NCBI GenBank assembly: GCA_951406725.2
Contig: OX597834.1
Location: 11,408,001 to 11,472,000 of the forward strand
Direction of reading: 5' to 3'
Source of the DNA: Octopus vulgaris
Taxonomy: Eukaryota
DNA: 64,000 nt
Made by a program: the position numbers and the translations under genes. The notes below the pieces were generated by a model. That model worked only from the letters and a program-made list of their open reading frames with translations, had not been told where the DNA came from and made no database searches. Below are positions 1 to 11,197 of this stretch, piece after piece. How positions within the stretch are numbered: position 1 is the first letter of the stretch; each line of letters starts with the position of its first letter.

Positions 1-1275
1 CAAGAAGCTTGTGAACTATTATTATTATTATTATTTCAAAGTCTTTACGTTGACACGGTCACTGATGATTTGGGGACGGGTGTAAACTCTCACCTTTGCT
101 TGTGGTTATCATATTAACATTTTCATGTGTTCGTCACAGTTTAGTGTTCGTATTCCATTTGTTAAAATTTAGTTGTTCTGCATTTTAGCATCAAGATCCA
201 TTATAGATTTAATGCCTTAGGATTCATTCCAATTTTAACCAATTAAGAGATTTTGATGGAAACATATTACAGTATCATTAGATTCACTTTTTGAATAAAA
301 ACTGCGGAAAAATTATTTGTACAAGATTTTTATAATAGATTTGAATAACCCTATATCATTTTATTTTTTGAAACTTACATTAAAACATTTTTCATTCATT
401 TTTTTCTCTAATAAATATCGTGAATCGCAAACATATTTTATTTTTAATAATGTTATTACGTAGTTAATGATTATCTGGTTATATTACAATTAGTTAATTA
501 CATTATGTTATAGTTAACTATCATACATCATCGTATTTGTCGAAGTGTTCACTTCTGTTGGATTTTGTCATATATATATATACTGTATACTCATATATAG
601 ATACAGACATTCTTAAACACGCACGCAGATACACATTTTGATAAACATTTGTACTCGTTTGATGCTTATTATATCTGCTTCCATAAGTTATTGTATTAAA
701 TACCTTTATTACTCATTATCTTTATTTTAACATATTTTGTTATAATTTATATTTTTACTGATTTTAATTGGAATGTAATCCTTAATATTTTATATATACA
801 CACAATTATATATATATATATATATATTTATTCCTATTCCTTGCTTGTTTCTCTAAATCATGGATTAACACACACATATATATATAAATATAATAAACAG
901 AAAAATACAACAAAAGCAGAAATAAAGAAGAAAATAACAGAAAAAAGCACATTCTCTCGTTCTTCATTCTCTATTAACAATAAGAAATTATAATAGTTTT
1001 AAATAATGAAAAAATAAACAAAAAACAGAAACAAAAACGTGTTTCCCCACCCTCAACTCATCAAAGAGCCTTTACTTGCCATCAATCTACAGCTCTCTCA
1101 ACTGTCTTAGCTGTATGCGTTTATGGATTTGAATTTTTTCCTTCGCTTTCTTGATTTTCGTATTGTTTACGATTCATTTCATTCAGCTGTTTCATTTACT
1201 GAAACGAATGAAGACTGAACAATTTTTTTTTTACTTCCAATCAAAGTAATCGTTTCAATGAGTGTGTATATATAT

Positions 1276-1326
<51 letters not shown>

Positions 1327-1655
1327 GTTTCTTGTTCTCAGTTTAAATCCTTGTGTTAAAAGGACTAACTATATATATTTATATATATAAATATATATTT
1401 TATTTATATATATATATTATATACATATATATATATTATATATATATATATATTATATATATATATATATGTGTGTGTTTCATACATATTCACTTGTATG
1501 ATCTAGTAAGAAATTTATTTAAGTTTTGTCTTTCTGTCTGTCAGTCTTTTTGAAATTTCATTATTTATAATAATAATTATTATTTTTGTTTTATATTGTT
1601 TTTTATTGAAATTTTTTTTTTTTTGTAATTTATTTTTCCAATATTTGATCTTTCA
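1..1655 (-). other. Probable 3' UTR / downstream region of the iGluR gene
   Basis: Lies 3' of the stop codon; AU-rich with several minus-strand AATAAA, so the true end cannot be fixed. Confidence 0.45.
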
Positions 1656-1955
1656 TTATGATTCTGGATCACTGTAATCTACATGTAAATAATCTCCACT
1701 GAATTCTTGTTTGTAATCCGGTTTGTAGTCGTATTCAAAATCTCTCGGTGTTCCGGTCGCTCTCGGAGATTTACGAACCTCCCGAAGTTGAATGATGCCA
1801 TTCGGAGACTCGACATGTGTCTCCGAGTGAGCCGTTGGGTTATGCGCTCTCGTGGATTTGCACTTTGAGCAGTGTCTTTTAAATCGTGGTTTTTGTGAAC
1901 CATGACAGCGAACGGCAAACCTAAGCTCATCTGCCATTTCAGAACATACAGACTG
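1656..1955 (-). CDS. Kainate-type iGluR terminal coding exon (cytoplasmic tail)
   Basis: Long pyrimidine tract then ttttgcag|QSVCSEMADELRFAVRCHGSQKPRFKRHCSKC...DYSDPES, ending TAA TGA. Phase 0 matches the upstream donor. The SxCSEMAxELRFAxRC segment resembles the post-M4 tail of invertebrate kainate-type subunits (from memory, not searched). Confidence 0.88.
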   Translation of the reverse strand, partial: QSVCSEMADELRFAVRCHGSQKPRFKRHCSKCKSTRAHNPTAHSETHVESPNGIIQLREVRKSPRATGTPRDFEYDYKPDYKQEFSGDYLHVDYSDPES

Positions 1956-2088
1956 CTGCAAAAGAGAAACGGAAAAAAACAAACAAACAAAAAAATAGAA
2001 ACAAAGAAAGAACGATGCAGTATGTTTGGTCTGTGTGTCTGTTAGTGTGCGTTTAAAATGCAAGCATACATTCATATACATGTATGTA

Positions 2089-2120
<32 letters not shown>

Positions 2121-2343
2121 CATGTATATAATAGTTATATATCTACATCTATATATCTGTAAGCGTGTATGTGTATAATACATGCAGGTATGCATATATA
2201 TATATTTATATAATACTTATATATGTACATCTATATATCTGTAAGCGTGTTTGTGTATAATACATGCAGGTATGCATATATATATATATATGTAGTAGTA
2301 ACAGAAAGGAATTTTGATAAACCCCACGTGGTGAGTTGTAATG

Positions 2344-2645
2344 TATATAAGAAATTAGAAAAGGAAAATACGCACTCTTTACATAGTTTTAATATAAATT
2401 TTAATATATCGACCGGTTTCGCCATCGCTATTCATGATATTATGTCTTACTTATTTGAATATGTATTTTCTCAAGAAGAAATTTTGTCCATGTTGTGAGT
2501 GATGATATTTACGAGTGAATGGTTTCACAAATACATATTCAAATAAGTAAAACATAATATCATGAACAGCGATAGCGAAACCGGTCAATATATTAAAAAT
2601 TATATTAAAACTATGTAAAGAGTGCGTATTTTTCTTTTCTAATTT

Positions 2646-2653
<8 letters not shown>
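2344..2653. mobile_element. Foldback element (about 125-bp inverted arms) with a hammerhead-like motif in each arm; resembles an inverted Penelope pseudo-LTR
   Basis: 2344-2468 is the near-exact reverse complement of 2529-2653; the right end abuts (TA)n. Confidence 0.75.
2406..2440 (-). ncRNA. Minimal type I hammerhead-like ribozyme with an A3-U8 core
   Basis: ATATC-ATGAATA-GC-GATG-GC-GAAA-CCGG-TC-GATAT: 5-bp stem I, 2-bp stem II, palindromic stem III, GUC triplet. Confidence 0.55.
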
Positions 2654-2684
<31 letters not shown>

Positions 2685-2951
2685 GTTTTAACAGTGGAAC
2701 TCGGTGTGGATAAATCTGTCTACGTTGAGCGTAAAAATATTGGGTTAAAAATAATCTTGGACAGAATTTGAAGGCTCCCAGCATTTCATTCAAGTCTTTT
2801 TATCTTTTAATCCAATATTTACACGCATTAGTATATAACGTATCAACGTCGAGCTCTACTATTACAAAACGACGTATTTCATAACTCACGAAGTCTCTAA
2901 AGGAATTATTATGACATTATCAACATATAATGCTCATATTATGGGATTATC

Positions 2952-3000
<49 letters not shown>

Positions 3001-3004
<4 letters not shown>

Positions 3005-3031
3005 TCATCATCATCGTTTAGCGTCCGTTTT

Positions 3032-3066
<35 letters not shown>

Positions 3067-3095
3067 CATCATCATCGTTTAGCGTCCGTTTTCCA
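3001..3095 (-). repeat. Two tandem stubs of an RTE-type retroelement 3' tail embedded in (TA)n
   Basis: (ATC)n-GTTTAGCGTCCGTTTTCCA occurs twice; its reverse complement GGAAAACGGACGCTAAAC(GAT)n resembles RTE 3' ends. Confidence 0.5.
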
Positions 3096-4213
3096 TATAT
3101 ATATATATATATATATATATATGACATGTATATGCATATGTATATATTATTTGTATGTATGTATGAAGATATATCTGTATATGCATGTAGATACATACAT
3201 ATATATATTTGTATATATGTACTCATCTTTACAAAGGAAAGTGTTGCCTGTGGCTTTGGAATTTCGCATTAACGACTACACTGCTGCCAGAATTTTCTTT
3301 GTAGAAATTAATAAATATGTACTCTAATGTATTGAGTATATAAAATATACATTAAATATATTGGTATATAAATTTCCATAAAACTGTGTGTGTATAATTA
3401 TATATATATTTTAATGTATATATGTATATACATACATCTCTCTCTATATATATACTTATATATATACATACATATTTATACATATATACAATACATATAT
3501 ATACATACATATTTATACATATATACAATACATAAATATACATACGTATGTATACATATATACATATACACACATATACATATATATATATATATACACA
3601 CATGAACATATGTAATGTGTGACGTGTGAGTATGTGTGTGTACGCGTCTGAGTGTCTGTATGTTGGGAAATATTAATGTATTTTTAAATATATCAATAAA
3701 AATTGTCTCTTACAAAACGACTATCTTATTTTGTCAACGCCTCATCATTGCAGTATATATATATATAGATATATATATATAAACACATTATGAGGTGCGC
3801 TATATGTATAACTGAGTCAACCAAAATCATAAGGATAAAACTTAAAACCAAAAATAAACCAAAAATAATCAAACAAACGATAAAGTATACATATATAATG
3901 TTAGAGGATAATTCGATGTTAACATAGAAACGCTTTAATGAGAATAGAATATAAATTCTTATAAATTTTATTTGCTACATCATTTCTTAAAAGATGTGAA
4001 ATAACGCTAAAACCGTGTCAAATTTAATGGAGTGTGCTGGAGGGGGACAAATGTCGTGAAACAAAACTATTCATTATTTTTGAAGAGTAAATTTTATCAA
4101 ATTAAATATTGCATTATATAAACTCAGTATCTTCTGGACCGATTGTTTTGTATTGACCGTTGCAGTATGTGCCCTTAGCAGCAAACATATATATGTATAT
4201 AGGCACAAGGCCA

Positions 4214-4253
<40 letters not shown>

Positions 4254-4364
4254 ATGTGACAATTATTCGGTAGCCAAGATAAAACTCTGAGTTTCGGCTG
4301 CCGAGGTGGAAATCCACAACACCATCTCTTCGGTTTTATCTTGCCTACCGAATAATTGTCACAT
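4254..4364 (-). ncRNA. 32-bp hairpin enclosing a hammerhead-like core
   Basis: Arms 4254-4285 and 4333-4364 are reverse complements. Between them the minus strand reads CCGAAGA-[imperfect stem II]-GAAA-CTCAGAG-TT. Confidence 0.5.
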
Positions 4365-6099
4365 ATTATTTTACAAATAGATTTCCTCCATTTACATAAT
4401 ATTGAGGGATCTTTCTTTTTTTGTTATCTTACTATGTTGTGGCAGTAGCATGATGATTGGAAATAATATCATTATCCCATAATGATTACGCTAATTAGTT
4501 TTGAATTTTAAGGATATTTATTTATAGAACGGTTTTAATTCTCCATTTTATCTCCTAATTATCTTTAATTGTTAGTTTTTTATTTTTCTGATTTAGTGAA
4601 TCTTACTAACCAGAAGCCTAAACAAAAATATTTTTCTACATTTGCACATCGATAAAAGCATATAATATTATAATATTGAGTAGGTTTGGCATCTACACGA
4701 TCATTACTTTCTGACTTTGGTCCGAGAAGAAGAGATGAATTTCAGAATTTTCTAATAAATAATTAGAAATCCGAATATAGAGGCAGGGAGTAAATTGAGA
4801 AAATTTCACTCCGATATTCTTCCTTTTCCCTTCCTACTCTCTCAGCAACTGATATAACAGCGTTGCTTCGTGTAAAACTGAGATGGCTTCCTCTAATGGC
4901 TGAGGGATACGCCTTAGTAAAGCATTACAGGCATATCTTTGTTGTTAAGAAACTCGCTTGTTAATACGGCGATTGTTAGTTCGATACCCGTGTGCACTAC
5001 AATGAACATGTGACTTGTACCAGCTAGGAAGACAATATATTTAAGTTGTAATGATTTAACAGAAATTGTACGGAAGCTCGTCGAATGACGTCTACCCTAC
5101 ACTTGATTGACAGACCTAATTATTTCGGTCGTTTGAAATCAGTAATCAAACTATCTCCTAACGATTTGCGGCATAAATTTCCTATATTCATATATCTCTC
5201 TTTTCTCCACTACTATTACCTGCGGAAACAAAATCATAAAACGTGGAAGGGCGCTGGCAATCGTCATTTGACTTCAACAAAATTCACAAAAATACTAAAA
5301 TGACAATTTGAATAAACATGCCACAGATTACGAATATATAACATCAACGGACTTGTGTCAATGTGTGTCACTCACTCGATTAGAAATACCTACGCTCATT
5401 CAGGATTGACATACTTGGGTCTATCAAGAAAACCCACAATTTATATATCTCGATCCACCGGACCGCTAGTAGGAAGCAGTTCCTTTAAGATTTATATTGC
5501 CATGCATCTTTCTATTAACGTGTTACAAGTCACATTTCTAACTTCTTTCGAGTTATTATCATACAGTTACTTACTTTTAGGGAAAGGAAAATGGGGAAAT
5601 TAAATAAATTATAATTAAAACCATTTTTATTATAATTTTAGTAAATTACTATAATGTATTTTTGCTGTAATTTTTGTAAATCATTTTAATTATTTTTAAT
5701 GCATTTTAGTTTTCAAAATATTTGTAATAACTACTTATGATATTTGGTTTAAAATGTTTTAAGGAAGATAAGAATTTTATAGGATTTCGGAGATCGGCTG
5801 GTGTATTAAGGTAAAGCTCAACATCTATTAAGCTATTCTCCCTCTCACAATTTGTTCCAGTTTGTTAGAACAGGGTAGTCTCTGTTAAAGGCAACAATAT
5901 ACCTGCTGGTGTTGACGAACCGGCAGAATTAAATCTACAATTCAGGTACAGGAGCAGTCAAACGGGTTTGTACATATTGCTCATCCAAATCTACTAATAC
6001 ATTTTGGGTAGGCTCAAGTGTTAAAGCAGTAGTGATGAAACTTATAGACTGCCTTAAAAGGATTTGAACCCTATACGTCTAATATTGTTTCAGAGTCAG

Positions 6100-6295
6100 G
6101 TACAAGCCAGCAATTTCGAAAGGAGGGGTGAATCGATTATATCGCCCTCAGTGCTTAACTTGTTCTTATCTTATCGATCTCGAAAGGATGAAAGGCAAAG
6201 TGGACCTCACTGGAATTTGAACTCGGAACGTAAAACCGTACGAAATACCACTGACCATTTCCCCCTGAATGCTAATGATTCTACTAGCTCACTGC
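6100..6295 (-). mobile_element. tRNA-derived SINE family B, decayed
   Basis: Contains CGAAAGGATGAAAGGCAAAGT and GGAATTTGAACTC (B box on the minus strand), shared with the other family B copies. Confidence 0.7.
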
Positions 6296-6326
6296 ATTTA
6301 CTATACGTATAATATTAAGTTTAAGT

Positions 6327-6545
6327 AAAGTGGCAAGCTAGCAGAATCGTTACCGTACCAGGAAAAATGCTGAGCAATATTTCGGCCGTCTTTACGTTCT
6401 GAGTTCAAATTCCACCGAGGTCGACTTTGCCTTTCATCCTTTCGGGGTCGATTAAATAAGTACCAGTTGAACACTGGTGGGTCGATGTAATCGACCTATC
6501 TCCTCACCAGGAATTACTGACCTTGTGCCAAAATTTGAAAGCAAT
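6327..6545 (+). mobile_element. tRNA-derived SINE family B (head-to-head with the preceding copy)
   Basis: GGCAAGCTAGCAGAATCGTT...GAGTTCAAATTCC...CTTTGCCTTTCATCCTTTCGGGGTCG. Confidence 0.8.
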
Positions 6546-7575
6546 ATTAAGATTAACTGATAAACGGTGTTACATGTGGATTTGTGACTTATATTGTTAC
6601 CTACTCAAAAGAAATAAAAAAAAAAGCAATAAACAAAATAATTGTTGCTAAAATCACTATAACACAGATTTTGGTGAGGTATCAGTCCATAACACCGGTT
6701 CAGTGGTTGACTGGAATTAGTTTATAACAATTACATCATTCGCCAAATTGCTGCTTGCGTGTCAGTCCTTGTATCAAATCGACTTTGCCTGATCTGTTGC
6801 AGAGTGTATCAAACGTCAGGCGTCGAAGTGATTACAGAGCAGCGTGACATAATGTGTTTTGTTAAAAAAAACACATCTCACTACCCGGTCCAGGAAATGA
6901 ATCCACGATCACGTGATCGTAAATATGACACACTGGCCCCTAAAACATCCGCCCTCGTTTGGGGACTATAATGCAGATCAATATGCATAAGAATCAATTG
7001 GGTGCCTTCTTTCATTTCCCAGAAATTAGAATATTTTATTTGCACCAGACAGTACTAGATACAAAAATAGTTTAACACGTACAACTGTTCACCGACACAT
7101 TATTTCGGCTCAACTACATTCATGTAATTGTGGTGCCAATGGGACGAGTGCGGTAACAGTGGATGTTTAATATTATGTAGTATTTAGTTATAGATATCAA
7201 TGTTCTGAGTTCAAAACCCACCAAGGACGTTAATATGCAATTTCGCTTTTTATTCAATCACCAGATATTTTATAATATTCTATATTATTTTTTGATCACG
7301 AAATGATGCATACTTAGAACATTTATAACTGTAACTAAATACCGCAGGAAATTTCATCCACTGATGTAATGATTTTGCCAGTCCACCATCATAATTAATG
7401 AATCAATTATTATTTCTAAAATACTCCTTGCACTTAGAGAAGTATAACTGATAAAATTCAGGCCCAGAAAATTACTAGTTCTTCGTTTTAGTAACCATGT
7501 GAAGAAGAATATTTAGGGCGGTCTTGGAATAGAATTCATAACGCATATGGTAATATTTAAATCCGAATTCTACTG

Positions 7576-7845
7576 CGTAGGCTGCAGGGTCACTCCGAAA
7601 AGCTCTATCTGCGACGATTTCATCTCTTTCGAAGGAGAGGAGCTTTCTCCGTCCGGGTTGCAGATCCGTGGAATAAGCTGCCGGACGAGATAGTGAAGAT
7701 GCCGACGACTGCTCGGTTCAAAGTCTCTCTTGACCAGAAATGGCCTGAACTCTTTGCATGAACACCCTCCCTGTACATAACTCCATGTCCCCCTACATGG
7801 CCTTACTTTTTGCTTTTTGAGCCAAAAAATTAACTCAACTTAATC
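7576..7845 (+). mobile_element. CR1-clade LINE 3' end (ORF2 C-terminus and 3' UTR), 5'-truncated
   Basis: 7576-7761 translates as RRLQGHSEKLYLRRFHLFRRRGAFSVRVADPWNKLPDEIVKMPTTARFKVSLDQKWPELFA*, the GH.KL...FS.RV...WN.LP...FK..LD pattern of the CR1 ORF2 end. Confidence 0.85.
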
Positions 7846-8083
7846 AAATGCCGTAATTAGTGAATTAATATTGATTTCCAAGACAGACTTAATACTGTAG
7901 ATTATAGGGTAATGTATAGCTGGTTAATCCAGTCGTTTGAAAATTGAAGCTACCCTTGGTGATATTTAAACTCAGAACGTAATGGTCCATATCTAAATAC
8001 CGCAAAATCCTTTGCCCCATTCTCTACCGATTTTGCCAATATAATGTCTTAATTATGAAATGAAAGAAACTTCAGTTACTTAC

Positions 8084-8355
8084 CTTACTGACTCTGTCTT
8101 CTGAAGCATTTCGTTTCGAACTCCAGGTGAACTCTATCAGTGCTACAACAACTGCAAGCGCTAAACCAGCAAGGAGAACTACAAATATGCCGCCCACATT
8201 TTCCACACCTAAAGCATTCGCTTTCGATTCCTTTTTGTTTTCATCGCGGTTACATGTACCCGTTGCTTTCCACCACTTGTTATAAAGTTCGTGGATTTTG
8301 CCTCCTTCTTGCAATTCTAGAATTGCTAGCGATAGTTTGTCTCGATACGGCGAAT
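8084..8355 (-). CDS. Kainate-type iGluR exon: end of S2, M4 and start of the C-tail
   Basis: aatag|AT-(N)SPYRDKLSLAILELQEGGKIHELYNKWWK...ALGVENVGGIFVVLLAGLALAVVVALIEFTWSSKRNASEDRVSK|gtaagt; phase 1/0. An alternative in-frame donor would end the exon at 8093. Confidence 0.95.
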
Positions 8356-8636
8356 CTATTCATTGAGAAATAAACGGAAGATAAATAATCAAGCTTTAAT
8401 TATTATAAAATTAATGTTCAAAGGAAAAACGAAAAAGCAATTAAAACAATTGAATATATAAATGTAGAAAAAATCGTATAACTAGAAAAAATCGGTGAAA
8501 TTTTGAAAACCGCCATCTCATTTGGTCTTTTTGGTACAAACCCTAGTATTGTACCAAATTTGAAAATGTTATATAAGTAAATACTTTGCAGTGATACAAG
8601 CCAAATGTTCACCGTTCGTTTTGCAAGCTGAATATA

Positions 8637-9229
8637 TTTATTTCGTTATTGCCCACACAGGGCTAAACATAGAGGAGACAAACAAGGACAGACACAGAGA
8701 GATTAAGTCGATTACATCGATTCCAGGGCGTAAATGCTTCTTGATTAATGAACCTAAAAGGATGAAACGTAAAGTCTACCTCGGCGGAATTTGAACTCAG
8801 AACGTAGCAGCAAACGAAATACCTATTTCTTTATTACCCACAAGGGGCTAAACACAGAGAGGACAGACAAACGGGTTAAGTCAATTATATCGACCCCAGT
8901 GCGTAACTGGTACTTATTTAATCAACCCTGAATGGATGAAAGGCAAAGTCGACCTCGGCGGAATTTGAACTTAGAACGTAACGGCAGATGAAATACCTAT
9001 TTCTTTACTACCCACAAGGGGCTACACACAAAGGAGTCAAACAAGGACACAGAAACGGATTAAGTCGATTATATCGACCCAGTGCGTAACTGGTAGTTAA
9101 TTTATCGACCCCGAAAGGATGAAAGGCAAAGACGACCTCGGCGGAATTTGAACTCAGAACGTAACGGCAGACGAAATACCGCTAAGTATTTCGCCCGACG
9201 TGCTAACAATTCTGCCAGCTGGCCGCCTT
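8637..9229 (-). mobile_element. SINE family B, one head plus three tandem body units of about 180 bp
   Basis: Head at 9180-9229; GGAATTTGAACT recurs near 8787, 8960 and 9143. Confidence 0.85.
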
Positions 9230-9850
9230 TTACAAGCTTGAATATAGATGAAGAATTTTGAAGATATTTCCAAGGGAAATAATTCTAGATACAAATACGT
9301 GCAAGGGAGACAATAGAACAGTGACAAAATCTGATAAATCAAAAACTATTATATTAGAGCTAAATTTTATTTTCATATAAGATTTTTAATGCACCGAGGC
9401 CACAGCAAACATAATTCTACTCCCCTCCATCACAATTGCTACTAGTTTCTTTGTATTATGAGTCTCAGTAATAATATTTCTATAGAATAATTCCATGCAC
9501 ATATTCTTGCATAAATGGTTACAACACTCGCACACACGCGCTCATAAAAGAAAACACGCATGTCTGACTGTCTGTCTGCTTTTCCACCCATCTGTCTGTC
9601 TGCTTGTCTGTGTCGTTTTCTCTATCTATCTGTTTCTCTATCTGTCCATCTCTCTCTCTCACTCTCTCCTCTCTCTGTATACACTCCAAAAAAAGAAACA
9701 AAAAAAACACACACACATATGATACCTAGAGATAGGGGAAGGAAAGACTGATAGAGGTGGTAGGGAGAGAGAGAGGGGGGGAGGTGAAGATGGATCCAGC
9801 AACTGACTGGTGCTTTAATGAAACATTGAATAGATACTAAAAAAAAAAGT

Positions 9851-10475
9851 AGGCGTAGGAGTGGCTGTGTGGTAAGTAGATTGCTTACCAACCACATGGT
9901 TCCGGGTTCAGTCCCACTGCGTGGCACCTTGGGCGAGTGTCTTCTACTATAGCCTCGGGCCGACCAAAGCCTTCTGAGTGGATTTGGTAGACGGAAACTG
10001 AAAGAAGACCGTCGTATATATGTATATATGTATATGTGACCACGTGTGTACCGTTGGCGATTTTTTTCCTCTGTCTTCCCTTCTCTGGATCTTTCCTTCT
10101 ATGTTTCCGATGAAGAGCTCCGCTCGAAACGTTAAACCCTCCTTTCCTCCTTTCCTTCTTTCCTGAGCGTCCAATAATACTATATTTGTTCCACGTCCTC
10201 GTGTTGTTGTTTTTTTGTGCTTTCTTGTTTATATATACATATATATTTGTGTGTGTGTGTGTATACGTTTGTGCGTCTGTGTTTGTCTCCCCAACATCGC
10301 TTGACAACGGATGCTGTTGTGTTTACGCCCCCGTAACTTAGCAGCTCGGCAAAAGAAAACCAATAAAATACGTACTAGGCTTACAAAGAATAAGCTCTGG
10401 AGTCGATTTGCTGGACTAAAAGCGGTGCTCCAGCATGGCCGCAGTGAAATGACTGAAGCAAGTAAAAGAATAAAA
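9851..10475 (+). mobile_element. tRNA-derived SINE family A with a nested insert of about 190 bp (10040-10230)
   Basis: AGGCGTAGGAGTGGCTGTGTGGTAAG (A box)...GGTTCAGTCCC (B box)...tail CAGCATGGCCGCAGTGAAATGACTGAAGCAAGTAAAAG. Confidence 0.9.
10103..10137 (+). ncRNA. Minimal hammerhead-like motif (U4C core) inside the nested insert
   Basis: GTTT-CCGATGA-A-GAGC-TCC-GCTC-GAAA-CG-TT-AAAC. Confidence 0.55.
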
Positions 10476-10497
10476 AGAAAAAAATATTGTTACTCAC

Positions 10498-10723
10498 TCA
10501 TTGGTGTACCGATTCCATATCCTTTCGTGTCCAAAAGTCCACCGACTTGCATTAATTCACAGTTACGTTGCGTTATATAGTCAATCATTGTTGACTCCAT
10601 TAAATATGCGTAATTTCCTTCTAAAACGTACTGAATACCTTCATCGTATGTTTTTGTAAAAACTGTTGGTTCTCTACTCTCCATGAAGGCCCACATTCTT
10701 TGATAAGTCTCTATCTTGGATTC
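10498..10723 (-). CDS. Kainate-type iGluR exon, S2 segment
   Basis: tttag|[22 protein letters not shown]...[39 protein letters not shown]|gtgagt; 226 nt, phase 0/1. Confidence 0.97.
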
Positions 10724-11065
10724 CTAAATATACAAAATGTTTGTGTTAAAAGAGAAATGTGAATTCACACAGACACAAATACAGCACAATATATGGTTTT
10801 ATATAAACCATTGGTAAATGTACAAAACGTTTGTGTTAAGATTAAAACATGAATTGACTTCAATTAACACACACACACACACAGAGATAGCACAATATAT
10901 GGTTTTATATAAATCATTGGTAAACAGAAAGAAAAAAAGCTGTTTTAGAGGACCGGGTTATAAACCGCGTAGTAAACCTATAGGCAGGTGTATAATGTAG
11001 AGTCTTATCCAGCAAATCCAATCAGTAAATATTATTTCGTGAGTAGTAAATGGAATATAAAGAAA

Positions 11066-11197
11066 GTCAGGTGGTATGATATGAATACATTTATTTCGCT
11101 AGTTGATATCCATAGCATGACAGCCGTTTCGCGAAACGGCTGTCATCCTATGGTTATCAAATGGTAAAATAAATGTACTCATCTCATACGTCCTGAC
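11066..11197. repeat. Loopless palindrome (about 66-bp arms) centred on 11131/11132
   Basis: ...ATGACAGCCGTTTCG|CGAAACGGCTGTCAT...; imperfect pairing extends to GTCAGG/CCTGAC. Confidence 0.85.

Noticed and set aside
1178-1212. Small hairpin TTCATTC..GTTTCA/TGAAAC.GAATGAA in the presumed 3' UTR
   Set aside because: It is short and AT-rich, has no ribozyme core, and is plausible by chance.
9885-10307. Recurrent ORFs ending EDTCPRCHAVGLNPEPCGW or similar
   Set aside because: Antisense translations of SINE family A, seen at every copy.
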